The notes: generated by a model not told the origin, from the sequence alone. A DNA stretch of 58,618 nucleotides from an uncultured bacterium (GCA_964630875.1 CAZVXF010000008.1:1-58618); one strand, 5' to 3'; shown: positions 1-9,984, counted from the stretch's first letter. A program made the numbers and translations.

Positions 1-2
1 AT

Positions 3-369
3 TGGAGGTGGAGAGAATCGAACTCTCGTCCTTAGCAAACTACTCATAAATGACTACATGCTTATCACCTGTAATTAAGTTGGTTTTGCCGACAGGCGAA
101 ACGCTTGGAACCAACTAGCAAACCTTAATCTCGAATCCTTACCCCAGATTTGCCAGTACTAGTAAGGTTCATACCAAGATGTATGACGGTGAGGATCTGT
201 AACTCTCGGTCTGATCCCAGCTCACCGGGCACTTAAGGCGGTTAAGCCTTAAGCAGCCATCAATTCGTTAGAATTGTCGTTTATATTTAATCGGATATTT
301 TTAGAGGCCAACGATTGTCCTCCACATGCCACCTATGCATCGCTTCCAAGTCGAAACCTTGACACCCCC
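3..369 (-). ncRNA. ssrA: tmRNA
   Basis: Minus strand begins GGGGGTGTCAAGGTTTCGAC and ends GAGAGTTCGATTCTCTCCACCTCCA (T-arm plus tRNA-Ala-like acceptor with G3:U). CCA is not encoded. Internal tag ORF ends in Ala-Ala-stop. Confidence 0.96.
249..278 (-). other. tmRNA proteolysis tag reading frame (A)DNSNELMAA*
   Basis: ATAAAC-GAC AAT TCT AAC GAA TTG ATG GCT GCT TAA inside the tmRNA. Confidence 0.85.
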
Positions 370-561
370 GCGAAGAATACTATTTCGAATATCCTTTGCG
401 GGAGAGAGAAGACATATGCTTATACACCCATTCTAGCATATGTCCTATTTTTCACACAAATAATGGCTTTTTTAGAGTATGTATAACTCATTTGTATTCA
501 GCGCTTTGAAAGTAAAAAGCGACAAAAATTTAAGTGTAAACTATAATCTTCCTTCTGTATT

Positions 562-3500
562 TTGAGGTTTCCTATTTTTCAGTTCGATCCAAGCGAAAGC
601 ATGCCAAAACGAGAAGAGCGAGTCCTTCAATTTTGGCAAAAACATCAGATTTTTAAGCGCTCTGTAGAAGAAAAAAAAGATCGCCCTTTATTTTCTTTCT
701 ATGATGGTCCCCCTTTTGCTACAGGACTTCCTCATTATGGTCACATTTTAGCTGGCACGATTAAAGACGCCGTTCCTCGTTACAAGACAATGAAAGGATT
801 TTGCGTCCCGAGACGGTTCGGATGGGATTGCCATGGGCTGCCGGTCGAAAATGAGATTGAAAAGGCAAAAAATCTCTCTGGCGCTCTTGCAATTGATGAA
901 TTTGGAATTGCAGCTTTCAACGAGGAGTGCAGAAGCATCGTTTTACGCTATAGCAATGAGTGGAAAAAAACGGTCGACCGAATGGGTCGTTTCGTTGACT
1001 TTAGCCAAACCTATAAGACGATGGATCCATCGTTTATGGAAAGCGTTTGGTGGGTTTTCAAGCAACTGTTCGATAAAGGACTCATTTACGAAGGCTTTAA
1101 GGTGATGCCTTACTCAATGAAATTGGGGACGCCATTATCGAACTTTGAAGCAAATTTGAATTATCAGGAAGTAGACGATCCCTCCATCACAGTTGCATTT
1201 AAAAAAGTGGACGAGCCGAACACGTATTTCCTGGCTTGGACAACGACTCCTTGGACACTTCCTTCAAACTTGGCCTTGATGGTCGGCCCGGAACACTCCT
1301 ATGTAAAAGTCAAAGATAAAACAGGCAAACAATATATTTTAGCCGAAGCGCGCTTAGCGGACACATTTAAAGAAGAGGTCGAAATTCTAGAGCGTTTTTC
1401 AGGCAAAAAATTAAATGGCGCTCGCTATGCTCCTCTATTCCCATTTTTTGCCGATCGAAATGCATTCCGCATCATTATGGAAGAATCTGTCTCAATCGAA
1501 GATGGTACAGGGATTGTTCATTCCGCTCCTGCATTTGGCGAGGTCGACTTTTTTGCTTGTAAGCGTGAGAATATTGAGCTTGTGTGTCCGATCGATTCCA
1601 ATGGTCGTTTCACAAGCGATGTGCCTTCTTATCAAGGAATGCTTGTCAAAGAGGCCGATAAAATCATCATGCGTGATTTGAAAGCAGCAGGCGTTCTTTT
1701 TTATCAAGGGACGATTCATCACCGCTATCCATTCTGTTGGAGATCCGATACTCCCCTCATTTATAGAGCGGTTCGCACTTGGTTTGTGGCTGTAGAACAA
1801 ATCAAAAATGAATTGCTCGCTTCAAACGCACACATCCATTGGATGCCCGAGCACATTAAAGATGGCCGGTTTGGAAAATGGCTTGAAAATGCAAGAGATT
1901 GGGCAATTAGCCGCAATCGATACTGGGGAACACCAATTCCTGTTTGGATCAACGAAAAAGGCGATGTCCACGTTGTAGAAAGCATTCAAGAGCTTGAAAC
2001 ACTCACGAATACCAAAATCACCGACTTGCACCGCCACTTCATCGATCACTTGATGTTCGAAAAAGACGGCTACACATATCGTCGTATTCCTGAAGTCTTT
2101 GATTGCTGGTTTGAATCAGGTTCTATGCCATATGCGCAGAATCACTATCCTTTTGAAAACAAAAAGACTTTTGAAAGCTCTTTTCCTGCTGATTTTATTG
2201 CAGAAGGCATTGACCAAACACGTGGCTGGTTCTACACTCTGACAATCCTATCTACTGCCCTCTTTAAAAAACCTGCATTCAAAAACGTCATAGTGAACGG
2301 AATTATTTTGGCAGAAGACGGCAATAAAATGTCGAAAAAGCTCAAAAACTATCCTGATCCAGAAATCGTCATTGATAAATTGGGCGCCGATGCAATTCGT
2401 CTTTACATGCTTGGAAGCCCCGCCGTAAAAGCCGATGATTTGCGTTTCTCTGAAAAAGGAGTGGAGCATACTTTACGACAAGTTCTCATCCCCATGTGGA
2501 ACTGCTTTGTCTTTCTCTCTACATACGCCAAAATCTACAACTGGAAAGCAGAGAAAATATCTTCCAAGCCCGCAGCACTGATCGATCAATGGCTGCTCTC
2601 TATTCTACAAAAGCTCATTGCCGATGTTGAGTCTGGAATGGAAAATTACGATCTCAATCGCGCCGTTGAACCATTTATCCAATTTATCGATCAGCTCACC
2701 AACTGGTATATTCGCAGATGTCGCGGTCGCTTTTGGACAGACGCCGATACGCAAGATCGAAGAGAATCATTTTCAACGCTTTATACAGTTCTCTTAAGTT
2801 TAACTCAGATTGCAGCCCCATTTATCCCCTTCTTATCTGAAGCGATTTATCAAGAGTTAAAAACAGACGATATGCCTGATTCGGTGCATCTCTCCGACTT
2901 TCCTCTTTATAATGAGAAATTCCGCAATAAAGATCTGGAAAAAGAAGTGGAAGCAGTCCAAGCAGCAGTAGGTCTTGGTCACGCTCTGCGCAAAGAATAC
3001 AAGCTTAAAGTTCGTCAACCTTTAGCAAAAGCTTATCTCATCTCTTCAAATCCAGAACGCCTCTTTTCTCTTAAAAAACAAACTCAACTCATTGCAGACG
3101 AACTCAATGTAAAAGAGATCGAATTTTGCAGCGATGAATCTGAATTTGTCCAATGGTTTGCAAAACCCAACTTCCCAGTCCTGGGTAAGAAAATCGGTAA
3201 ATTCATGCCACAGGCGCAAAAAATCATCACAGGTTTTACACGTTCGCAAATTCAACAAATCGCAGCGGGCAAAAACATTACAATCAAACTTGACGACCAA
3301 AATGTCGAAATCACACCTGCCGACGTTCAAATTGAGCGCAAAGTGAAAGAGGGCACAGCTGCCGGCAACCAAGGCGATCTTACTGTTACCCTCGATACGC
3401 AACTCAATGATGAACTTCTTGAAGAAGGTCTCGCTCGCGAGCTTGTGAACAAAATCAACACCATGCGAAAAGACCTCGATTTCCAAGTCACCGACCGCAT

Positions 3501-3666
3501 TCGTATTCAACTCCAAGCCACTGATAAAGTCCGCACCTGTTTTGAGAAATATTACGACTACATCACAGGAGAAGTCCTCGCAACCGAAGTCCAATTTACA
3601 AACTGTGATGGCCAATCCATTGATCTCAATGGGGAAGTTGCAAAACTTCTTCTCAAAAGAGTCTAA
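562..3666 (+). CDS. ileS: Isoleucine-tRNA ligase, type 2 (true start uncertain: TTG562, ATT574 or ATG601)
   Basis: DGPPFATGLPHYGH, GWDCHGLP, WTTTPWTLPSN and KMSKK motifs; 1034 aa. Confidence 0.98.
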   Translation: MRFPIFQFDPSESMPKREERVLQFWQKHQIFKRSVEEKKDRPLFSFYDGPPFATGLPHYGHILAGTIKDAVPRYKTMKGFCVPRRFGWDCHGLPVENEIEKAKNLSGALAIDEFGIAAFNEECRSIVLRYSNEWKKTVDRMGRFVDFSQTYKTMDPSFMESVWWVFKQLFDKGLIYEGFKVMPYSMKLGTPLSNFEANLNYQEVDDPSITVAFKKVDEPNTYFLAWTTTPWTLPSNLALMVGPEHSYVKVKDKTGKQYILAEARLADTFKEEVEILERFSGKKLNGARYAPLFPFFADRNAFRIIMEESVSIEDGTGIVHSAPAFGEVDFFACKRENIELVCPIDSNGRFTSDVPSYQGMLVKEADKIIMRDLKAAGVLFYQGTIHHRYPFCWRSDTPLIYRAVRTWFVAVEQIKNELLASNAHIHWMPEHIKDGRFGKWLENARDWAISRNRYWGTPIPVWINEKGDVHVVESIQELETLTNTKITDLHRHFIDHLMFEKDGYTYRRIPEVFDCWFESGSMPYAQNHYPFENKKTFESSFPADFIAEGIDQTRGWFYTLTILSTALFKKPAFKNVIVNGIILAEDGNKMSKKLKNYPDPEIVIDKLGADAIRLYMLGSPAVKADDLRFSEKGVEHTLRQVLIPMWNCFVFLSTYAKIYNWKAEKISSKPAALIDQWLLSILQKLIADVESGMENYDLNRAVEPFIQFIDQLTNWYIRRCRGRFWTDADTQDRRESFSTLYTVLLSLTQIAAPFIPFLSEAIYQELKTDDMPDSVHLSDFPLYNEKFRNKDLEKEVEAVQAAVGLGHALRKEYKLKVRQPLAKAYLISSNPERLFSLKKQTQLIADELNVKEIEFCSDESEFVQWFAKPNFPVLGKKIGKFMPQAQKIITGFTRSQIQQIAAGKNITIKLDDQNVEITPADVQIERKVKEGTAAGNQGDLTVTLDTQLNDELLEEGLARELVNKINTMRKDLDFQVTDRIRIQLQATDKVRTCFEKYYDYITGEVLATEVQFTNCDGQSIDLNGEVAKLLLKRV

Positions 3667-3684
3667 GATAGATATGATTCATTT

Positions 3685-4095
3685 ATGAATTCAAAACAGT
3701 CAGATATTCGTTGGCAACAGCGTTTTAGTAATTACAAAAGAGCTCTTTCACAGCTATCCAAGTTCATGAAGCATTCACATCTGAATGAACTGGAAGAGCA
3801 AGGTCTCATTCAAGCTTTCGAATACACCCACGAACTAGCCTGGAAAACTTTAGCTGATTACGCAAAGGATAAAGGGTATTCTGATATTTATGGTTCAAAG
3901 GATGCGACTCGTCAGGCATTCAATATGACGATCATTGAAAATGGTGATGTTTGGATGGAAATGATTCAAAGTCGCAACTTAACTTCGCATACCTATAATC
4001 AAGACGTCACAAAACAAATAATTGATGCTATCCACAAACGTTATTACTTAGCTTTTGTACAGCTCGAAACAAGATTAGAAAAGTTGAAAACATGA
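3685..4095 (+). CDS. HEPN-domain protein (HI0074-like nucleotidyltransferase substrate-binding family), putative RNase toxin
   Basis: GLIQAFEYTHELAWK and the RX4HXY motif RNLTSHTY; 4-bp overlap with the MNT gene. Confidence 0.9.
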   Translation: MNSKQSDIRWQQRFSNYKRALSQLSKFMKHSHLNELEEQGLIQAFEYTHELAWKTLADYAKDKGYSDIYGSKDATRQAFNMTIIENGDVWMEMIQSRNLTSHTYNQDVTKQIIDAIHKRYYLAFVQLETRLEKLKT

Positions 4096-4406
4096 AATTT
4101 GGTTTATCTGAGGACGAGCAATTAAAAATAAAATCCGTCTTTATGAAATATCCGCAAATTCAATCTGTTACTATTTACGGTTCTAGATCAATGGGGAATT
4201 ATAAAACAGGTTCCGATATTGATCTTACAATCAAAGGAGATGGATTAAATTTACAACTCCTTTGCAAAATTAATAACGATTTAGATGATTTATTTTTGCC
4301 CTATAAATTTGATATTTCTTTCTTTCAAGACATTAATAATCTAGAATTAATTGATCACATTCATCGTCGCGGACAAATTTTTTATGATTCTAAAAGTATC
4401 GGTTAG
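4092..4406 (+). CDS. Minimal nucleotidyltransferase (MNT), putative antitoxin
   Basis: GSX10DXD motif YGSRSMGNYKTGSDIDL; 104 aa. Confidence 0.9.
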   Translation: MKFGLSEDEQLKIKSVFMKYPQIQSVTIYGSRSMGNYKTGSDIDLTIKGDGLNLQLLCKINNDLDDLFLPYKFDISFFQDINNLELIDHIHRRGQIFYDSKSIG

Positions 4407-4641
4407 TCCAAATGCTCGTGAGAGCAAAATCGTCGGATTTCAAGATGATGTACTCAGAGTAAGAATTCACGCTCCTCCTGACAAGGGCAAAGCAAACGAA
4501 ACATTGATCGAATTTTTAAGTGAGACTTTTTCCATTCCAAAATCGAAAATACACATCTTATCCGGACATACAAGTCGTTTAAAGAAGCTTGAAATAGAAG
4601 GTGAAATTAATCTTTCTTCTTTGAAGAACGTTTCGATTTGA
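4384..4641 (+). CDS. DUF167/YggU family protein
   Basis: LKVSVSPNA, APPDKGKANETLIEFLS and SGHTSRLK; ATG 4384. Confidence 0.9.
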   Translation: MILKVSVSPNARESKIVGFQDDVLRVRIHAPPDKGKANETLIEFLSETFSIPKSKIHILSGHTSRLKKLEIEGEINLSSLKNVSI

Positions 4642-4804
4642 TTGGAACTAAAACATATTTAAATTTGGGTTTAATTGATTTTATTTTTCCGTTTTCCTCA
4701 ATCACTAAGGAAGTCTTTGTTCGAATTGCAAGATCGATCGCTCGTTTCACACCCAGTGCATGAGCTTTTAAGAAAAAATCATTGATGTCAGTGTACGTAG
4801 CCAT
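4607..4804 (-). CDS. Small basic protein coupled to the zeta-like ATPase
   Basis: Overlaps the 3' end of the ATPase gene; GVKRAIDLAIRTKTSLVIEENGKI resembles the small partners of such ATPases. Confidence 0.65.
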   Translation of the reverse strand: MATYTDINDFFLKAHALGVKRAIDLAIRTKTSLVIEENGKIKSIKPKFKYVLVPIKSKRSSKKKD

Positions 4805-5372
4805 AAACAATTTCCTGTAATTTTTCCCACATTTCTATATTCTCAATTTCTAATTGAGAAGACAACTCTTTTCTCGCGACAACTTCTCTTTCTGCTGAAT
4901 TATCAAGTATCAGAGCTGTATCTGCGATAGGCAAGTATAAATTGATTAGATTTTTTAACCCACGAAAATAGCGTCGGCGAATATCTGCTTCTGGAATATT
5001 GTGACCTCCTTGCTGGACTCTGCGAGCGACTCTTTTTACGGCCAGCTCTGGGCTAGAAAGCCAGAGATAAATCAAATTGATTGTATACCCCATCGTTTTC
5101 GCTTTTTTCAAATGGGTTACATAAGAAAGTCCAGAAGCAGTTGTCTCAAATACAAAGCTCTTATTTCCCGATAAACACTCATGAAATCTTTGAATCATTA
5201 ATCTTCCAGCCTGAACATTTACGCTTTCTGGATGTAAAGGAGAAAGGCCTCTTGCAATATGATCTGCATTAATGAATTCATCGTAAATATCATCTTGCTT
5301 ATAAAAAATGGCTTCTGTTGTTGTCGTCTTGCCGGCACCGTTTGGTCCTGCAATCATCATCAACTTTGTCAT
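4788..5372 (-). CDS. Zeta-toxin-like P-loop ATPase (COG4185-type)
   Basis: IAGPNGAGKTT, FINADHIA, SFVFETT and RVARRVQQGGHNIP. Confidence 0.88.
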   Translation of the reverse strand: MTKLMMIAGPNGAGKTTTTEAIFYKQDDIYDEFINADHIARGLSPLHPESVNVQAGRLMIQRFHECLSGNKSFVFETTASGLSYVTHLKKAKTMGYTINLIYLWLSSPELAVKRVARRVQQGGHNIPEADIRRRYFRGLKNLINLYLPIADTALILDNSAEREVVARKELSSQLEIENIEMWEKLQEIVYGYVH

Positions 5373-7192
5373 AATTTATGGGATTGTTTCTTGCGACGAT
5401 ACACGAGATATCCAGCAATGATGACCATGGCACTTCCCCAAACAAAAATCGTTGGGAATGTGAGTTGATTCTTCTCAGGCTGTGGCAATTTGCCAAAACG
5501 CGAGCCAGGTGGAGAAAAGAGGAAGCTTAAAACCCCTTTTAGATTGTCTTGCGGGACAAAACCAAATTGTCGACTATCTGCGCTCATTGCATGGTTATCA
5601 CCAAGCATGAGATACATTTTCTCAGGAACGACGACACCATATTTACGAATGAACTCCTTATCAAGACTTCCATCAGCTAAGAGTGGTGCGCCTTGATCAA
5701 TAAAGGCATCAATTCTTCCCTGTTCTTTTTCATTGAAAGCAACAAGAGCAGGATCATTCCGTTCAAGAATTGAAGATCCCATCAAATAGAGTGATCCATC
5801 CCTAAAATAGGCATATCGAGAAGGATAAAGCGTACTATTTTTTGCCGGTTCATAGAAAGTCAGGAATTCTATTCCAAAATTGTACAGCTTCTGAACAAAA
5901 CTTGGGTCTTTGTTATACAACGGATGATTTGCAGCCAATTCTTTTGTTATCCCAAGCGGATAAATGCGAACAGCTTTCCCATTTTGGATTTCATAGGTGC
6001 CATTCGGGACATTTTCGAGTGTCGGAAAATAACGCGAGAAGAAAGGATGATTTTTCTGTGATCCGATATGAAATGCCTTTCCGTTTTCTACAGTAAAACG
6101 GCAGGTTGTTAAGCTGTTTGCAATTGTATGTAGATGATCTTTTTGCAATGGAATTAGAGAAACTGTTGTCGCTAAGTCAGGACGAACACGGTGCATGCGA
6201 TCTTTAACGAGCTTTCCATGTTTCAAACTTGGATGATGGGTCAATTCTAGATATAAAAGACCATTCTCAGGTACAGCACCTGGATACATTGAAGCTAACT
6301 GCTCTTGATTCAGAAGGCGTGCCATCGCATAGTTTTTCATGCCCCAAAGGTCGCTATAATGCTCCAGCCCCCCGAGCATTTCGCCCTTGATTGTGCCAAA
6401 GACATTGGTTTTCAACTTGGCTACCGGAAGATTCATTTGCTGGAAAACAGACGTCATAAACATCTGCCCTTGTAAATCTTTGGTATCGACTGTTCCCTCA
6501 AAACGAATGAAGGGAACATGTTCTAAGTTTTGGCTCCAGTCTGATTTGCGCAATTCAGCCAAATCATTGCCATTCTTATCGATTCCATAGATCTTTCCAC
6601 CATAGAAATAAAGCGTATCCCCAGGCTTTCCCATGAGTCGTTTCACAAACAGCTTTTTGCCCGGAAAGAGATAAAAATATACCGTGTCAGAATCCGGGAT
6701 GTCCATATTGGCCCCTGTCCAGACAACAATGCTTCCCCTCTTCACAAGAGAATCATCAAACATAAAATGCGTTGTAGAAAGAGGTACATTCACACTAAAA
6801 TCGGTCTTTGAAACAACGAGGAAATCGCTTTCCTTCAATGTCGGGCGCATAGAGCCGGTTGGAATTGTATAGAGCTCAAACCACATTTGACGAATGACAA
6901 TAGCCACCAGCAGTGCAAATCCCAGCCCGCCTACAGCATGCCGCACTTTTTCAAAAGCGGTCTGTGGCATATACTGATGCGCAGCTTCTTGCAGTTCCCG
7001 AGCACGAATCTTTGCCTCAGGCGCATTTTTTGCCTTCAAAGCCTCCCGTAAAGAATCCAGATGAGCAATAATTTTTTCTTTAGCATGGTGATCTAAGACT
7101 TTCCATTTTCTCTGGTAAAGTCGATCCAGCTTACGCAGGACTTTTTTTGACCTTCTTAAATGGTAAAATGCGGTGAGCCCGTATCGTTTCAT
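5369..7192 (-). CDS. lepB: Signal peptidase I, long chlamydial form
   Basis: IPTGSMRPTL (Ser), VKRLMGKPGD (Lys) and GDNHAMSADSR. Confidence 0.95.
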   Translation of the reverse strand: MKRYGLTAFYHLRRSKKVLRKLDRLYQRKWKVLDHHAKEKIIAHLDSLREALKAKNAPEAKIRARELQEAAHQYMPQTAFEKVRHAVGGLGFALLVAIVIRQMWFELYTIPTGSMRPTLKESDFLVVSKTDFSVNVPLSTTHFMFDDSLVKRGSIVVWTGANMDIPDSDTVYFYLFPGKKLFVKRLMGKPGDTLYFYGGKIYGIDKNGNDLAELRKSDWSQNLEHVPFIRFEGTVDTKDLQGQMFMTSVFQQMNLPVAKLKTNVFGTIKGEMLGGLEHYSDLWGMKNYAMARLLNQEQLASMYPGAVPENGLLYLELTHHPSLKHGKLVKDRMHRVRPDLATTVSLIPLQKDHLHTIANSLTTCRFTVENGKAFHIGSQKNHPFFSRYFPTLENVPNGTYEIQNGKAVRIYPLGITKELAANHPLYNKDPSFVQKLYNFGIEFLTFYEPAKNSTLYPSRYAYFRDGSLYLMGSSILERNDPALVAFNEKEQGRIDAFIDQGAPLLADGSLDKEFIRKYGVVVPEKMYLMLGDNHAMSADSRQFGFVPQDNLKGVLSFLFSPPGSRFGKLPQPEKNQLTFPTIFVWGSAMVIIAGYLVYRRKKQSHKL

Positions 7193-7381
7193 AAGTAATA
7201 AAATACCCTTATTTCCTCTTCACAGCAAGACTTTTTTCATACTGACGTTCAATCGAGGCCTCTGTATGAAATGAACAAAAACCAGTAAAGCACAAAGATT
7301 TATAATTATTAATATTATTAATTATTTTTATAATTATATGTGATGTTATAGTTAAATAAAGAGTTAAAAAATGGTATTACC

Positions 7382-7642
7382 ATGAAAATAAATGAAATTA
7401 TTATAACGAATAAGCAAGGCGGGGGATATGAAATCCAAGCTAAAAATCTCCAAGCCTATAAAGAACTGCAAAAGGCCATTACAAATGCAAATGTTCCTAC
7501 CGGAGAAAAAAATCTAGAAAAAAAAACCGTAGTGATAGATGCCTATGAGCATGAGTTACGTTCAGTGTTAGAGGCCCTTCATATCAACAAGAACGATGCG
7601 GATAAAGCAATCGATCATATTCCTAAGGGATACGCGCCCTAA
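7382..7642 (+). CDS. Hypothetical protein
   Basis: 86-aa ORF after an AT-rich promoter region and before a terminator. Confidence 0.6.
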   Translation: MKINEIIITNKQGGGYEIQAKNLQAYKELQKAITNANVPTGEKNLEKKTVVIDAYEHELRSVLEALHINKNDADKAIDHIPKGYAP

Positions 7643-7652
7643 AAATTTTGGG

Positions 7653-7688
7653 TTAAAAAGGTTTATCGAGAGGGATAAACCTTTTTAA
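7653..7688. terminator. Bidirectional intrinsic terminator
   Basis: TTAAAAAGGTTTATC-gagagg-GATAAACCTTTTTAA perfect 15-bp stem between convergent genes. Confidence 0.85.
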
Positions 7689-7698
7689 GTCCAACACG

Positions 7699-9069
7699 CT
7701 ATAGAATCTGCGCTGCAAGTGATGCAAGCTCCGAACGCTCAGTCTTTTCTAAGAACATGTGGCCGTATATTTTGTGGTTTTTGAACTTATTCACCACAAA
7801 AGTAAGGCCGTTAGAATCCTTATCTAGGTAAGGATTATCGATTTGCGTTGGATCGCCAGTCAAGATTACTTTTGTCCCTTTACCAGCTCTAGAAATGATT
7901 GTTTTCACTTCATGAGGGGTGAGGTTCTGCGCTTCATCGACAATTATGTACATTTTAGGCAACGAGCGCCCGCGAATGTAGGTCACAGCTTCCATCTCAA
8001 CGCGCTTACTTTCCATGATGAAACCAAGGGCTGCAGCGCTATTGTTTTCACCGCTTGTGAGAGCGCAGAGATATTCCATGTTATCGAAGATTGGCTGCAT
8101 CCAGTGGGCGAGCTTCTCTTCTTTTGTCCCAGGAAGATAACCGATGTCCTTTCCAAGAGGAACAATCGGACGAGAAACTAAGATTTTTGAATAGCGATTT
8201 TCGTCGAAAACTTTACGCATTCCACATGCGAGTGCGAGCAATGTTTTCCCCGTGCCTGCCTGTCCTATCAGAGTCACAAGGTGAATATCATCGCGCATGA
8301 GAAGATCAATTGCGCATCGTTGTTCTAAGTTTAAAGGTTGAATGCCCCAAAGGTCCTTGCTAATCGGCGTTAATGGCTCTAATTTTTTCGTTTTCATACT
8401 GTGCTTACATGCAACAGAATTTTCGCCATTTGTTAAAAGCGCATATTCGTTGGGTCTAAAACCTTCTTCAATTATTGGGAGTGCGCCATCTTTTAGGAAC
8501 GTATCAATGTCTTGCTTTGTGCATTCAATTTTGCGAAAACCTCTATACATCTCTTCATAAGGCGCTTTGAGATTTTGATAATCTTCCGCTTCTAGATTCA
8601 TCGCTTCAGCTTTTACGCGAGTGACAAAATCTTTAGATACAATCACAACCGATTCGCCCTTCGATTTTAGAAGATAGGCGATAAAGAGAAATTTATTGCT
8701 GCTTCGATCTAGCCCTAATGGGAAACCGCTGACTTTCTCAGAAACAAGATCCAAATGAATGCGAATTTTTGGACCCTCAGGAATTTCAATCCCTTGATGC
8801 AAATCCCCTGTATTATCTGCTTTCAAAGAATCAATATAACGGATCACTTCTCGAGCATTTTTGCCAACCTCATCCGAATAGCGCTTTAAGCTATCTAATT
8901 CTTCCAATACAGCAAGGGGGATGACGACATCATTGTGTTTAAATTTTGTAATCGCAGCGGGATCGTGGATTAGTACGTTGGTATCGATGATAAAAGTCTT
9001 TCTACTCACTTTTCTTTCCTCGCTTTTTGTAAGAGTGATATGCGAAACCGGCGTGGACGCCATGCTCAT
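7699..9069 (-). CDS. PIN-PhoH family protein (PhoH2/YlaK-like)
   Basis: PIN start FIIDTNVLIHDP; GQAGTGKT, YIRGRSL, DEAQN and GDPTQID. Confidence 0.95.
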   Translation of the reverse strand: MSMASTPVSHITLTKSEERKVSRKTFIIDTNVLIHDPAAITKFKHNDVVIPLAVLEELDSLKRYSDEVGKNAREVIRYIDSLKADNTGDLHQGIEIPEGPKIRIHLDLVSEKVSGFPLGLDRSSNKFLFIAYLLKSKGESVVIVSKDFVTRVKAEAMNLEAEDYQNLKAPYEEMYRGFRKIECTKQDIDTFLKDGALPIIEEGFRPNEYALLTNGENSVACKHSMKTKKLEPLTPISKDLWGIQPLNLEQRCAIDLLMRDDIHLVTLIGQAGTGKTLLALACGMRKVFDENRYSKILVSRPIVPLGKDIGYLPGTKEEKLAHWMQPIFDNMEYLCALTSGENNSAAALGFIMESKRVEMEAVTYIRGRSLPKMYIIVDEAQNLTPHEVKTIISRAGKGTKVILTGDPTQIDNPYLDKDSNGLTFVVNKFKNHKIYGHMFLEKTERSELASLAAQIL

Positions 9070-9210
9070 TGAGGCCTACCTTTGTTATTCTGATTCAAAA
9101 ATTTCCTTATAGAACGTCAGGCAATCGCTGTCAAACTTAATACACAACTATATCACCATCATACACTTAAAACATAACCAGCAGTCAGGCGCAAAGACTG
9201 CTAGTTTTTA

Positions 9211-9240
9211 TTGACAACAGATCCTAAATTATTGTATAAT
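9211..9240 (+). promoter_or_regulatory. Consensus sigma66/sigma70 promoter
   Basis: TTGACA-18 bp-TATAAT; GAGG ribosome-binding site before ATG 9264. Confidence 0.8.
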
Positions 9241-9263
9241 AGGCTTATATTGATTGAGGTATT

Positions 9264-9920
9264 ATGAAAATCACGCCTAGGCTTTTAAGTATCCCGCCTT
9301 ATCTTTCTACCAGCTGGAGCAACATCTCCTCGATTCAACTGCAAAGCAAAAACGAGCGTTCTCTTTTGATTGTTACACTCAAATGCGGAACTCAAGTCGA
9401 GATTCCAAGCATGGCGCAAAGTGATATCGATGAAATCTTCCAAGCCCATGCAGCCTTTCATGATGGTGAACCGGCCTCCCTTTTAAAGAATTCCCTCAGT
9501 TTTACTCTTCCTCTCAAAAGCACTGAAGAAGGAGCCGTGATTGATCCTTTAAATGCTACAATGCAGCACAATCCAGAACAATCAGACCTCCCGCCAATTC
9601 CGGGACATGTTTTAGAAAAAATCGGGTCAATTGTAAAATCATTTGGGCTCGAAAACACCCCTTTTCTTGAACAAACGGTTGCGAATTGTAATTGTATCTA
9701 TTGCCAACTTGCGCGCTCTTTGCGACCTCAAGAAGAAATCATTGATGAAGCAGATCTCAAATTTCGTGATTGGGAAGTGACGCAAGTCGAAGAAAAGCTC
9801 TATCATGTTGTCAATCCAATCGATAAAAATGAATACTACGACGTCTTTTTAGGTGAACCAATTGGATGCACCTGCGGTTCTAAAAATTGCGAACACATCT
9901 GCGCTGTTCTAAATACATAA
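9264..9920 (+). CDS. Conserved chlamydial protein (CT016-like) with C-terminal SWIM-like Zn finger
   Basis: LSIPPYLSTSW, CNCIYCQ and CTCGSKNCEHI; lies between PhoH and the SH3 protein. Confidence 0.8.
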   Translation: MKITPRLLSIPPYLSTSWSNISSIQLQSKNERSLLIVTLKCGTQVEIPSMAQSDIDEIFQAHAAFHDGEPASLLKNSLSFTLPLKSTEEGAVIDPLNATMQHNPEQSDLPPIPGHVLEKIGSIVKSFGLENTPFLEQTVANCNCIYCQLARSLRPQEEIIDEADLKFRDWEVTQVEEKLYHVVNPIDKNEYYDVFLGEPIGCTCGSKNCEHICAVLNT

Positions 9921-9938
9921 TCGATCACACAACCATAA

Positions 9939-9984
9939 ACGCTTGCGTTTTCCAATTCCAAAAAATTTCGGAATCCGCAAGCGT
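9939..9984. repeat. Intergenic inverted repeat / possible terminator
   Basis: ACGCTTGCG...CGCAAGCGT with inner TTCC/GGAA pairing. Confidence 0.5.

Noticed and set aside
274-486. 70-aa ORF
   Set aside because: Antisense to tmRNA and its promoter; no coding signal.
3046-3615. 189-aa antisense ORF and the many similar ORFs nested in core genes
   Set aside because: Shadow frames of well-supported genes; no motifs or ribosome-binding sites.
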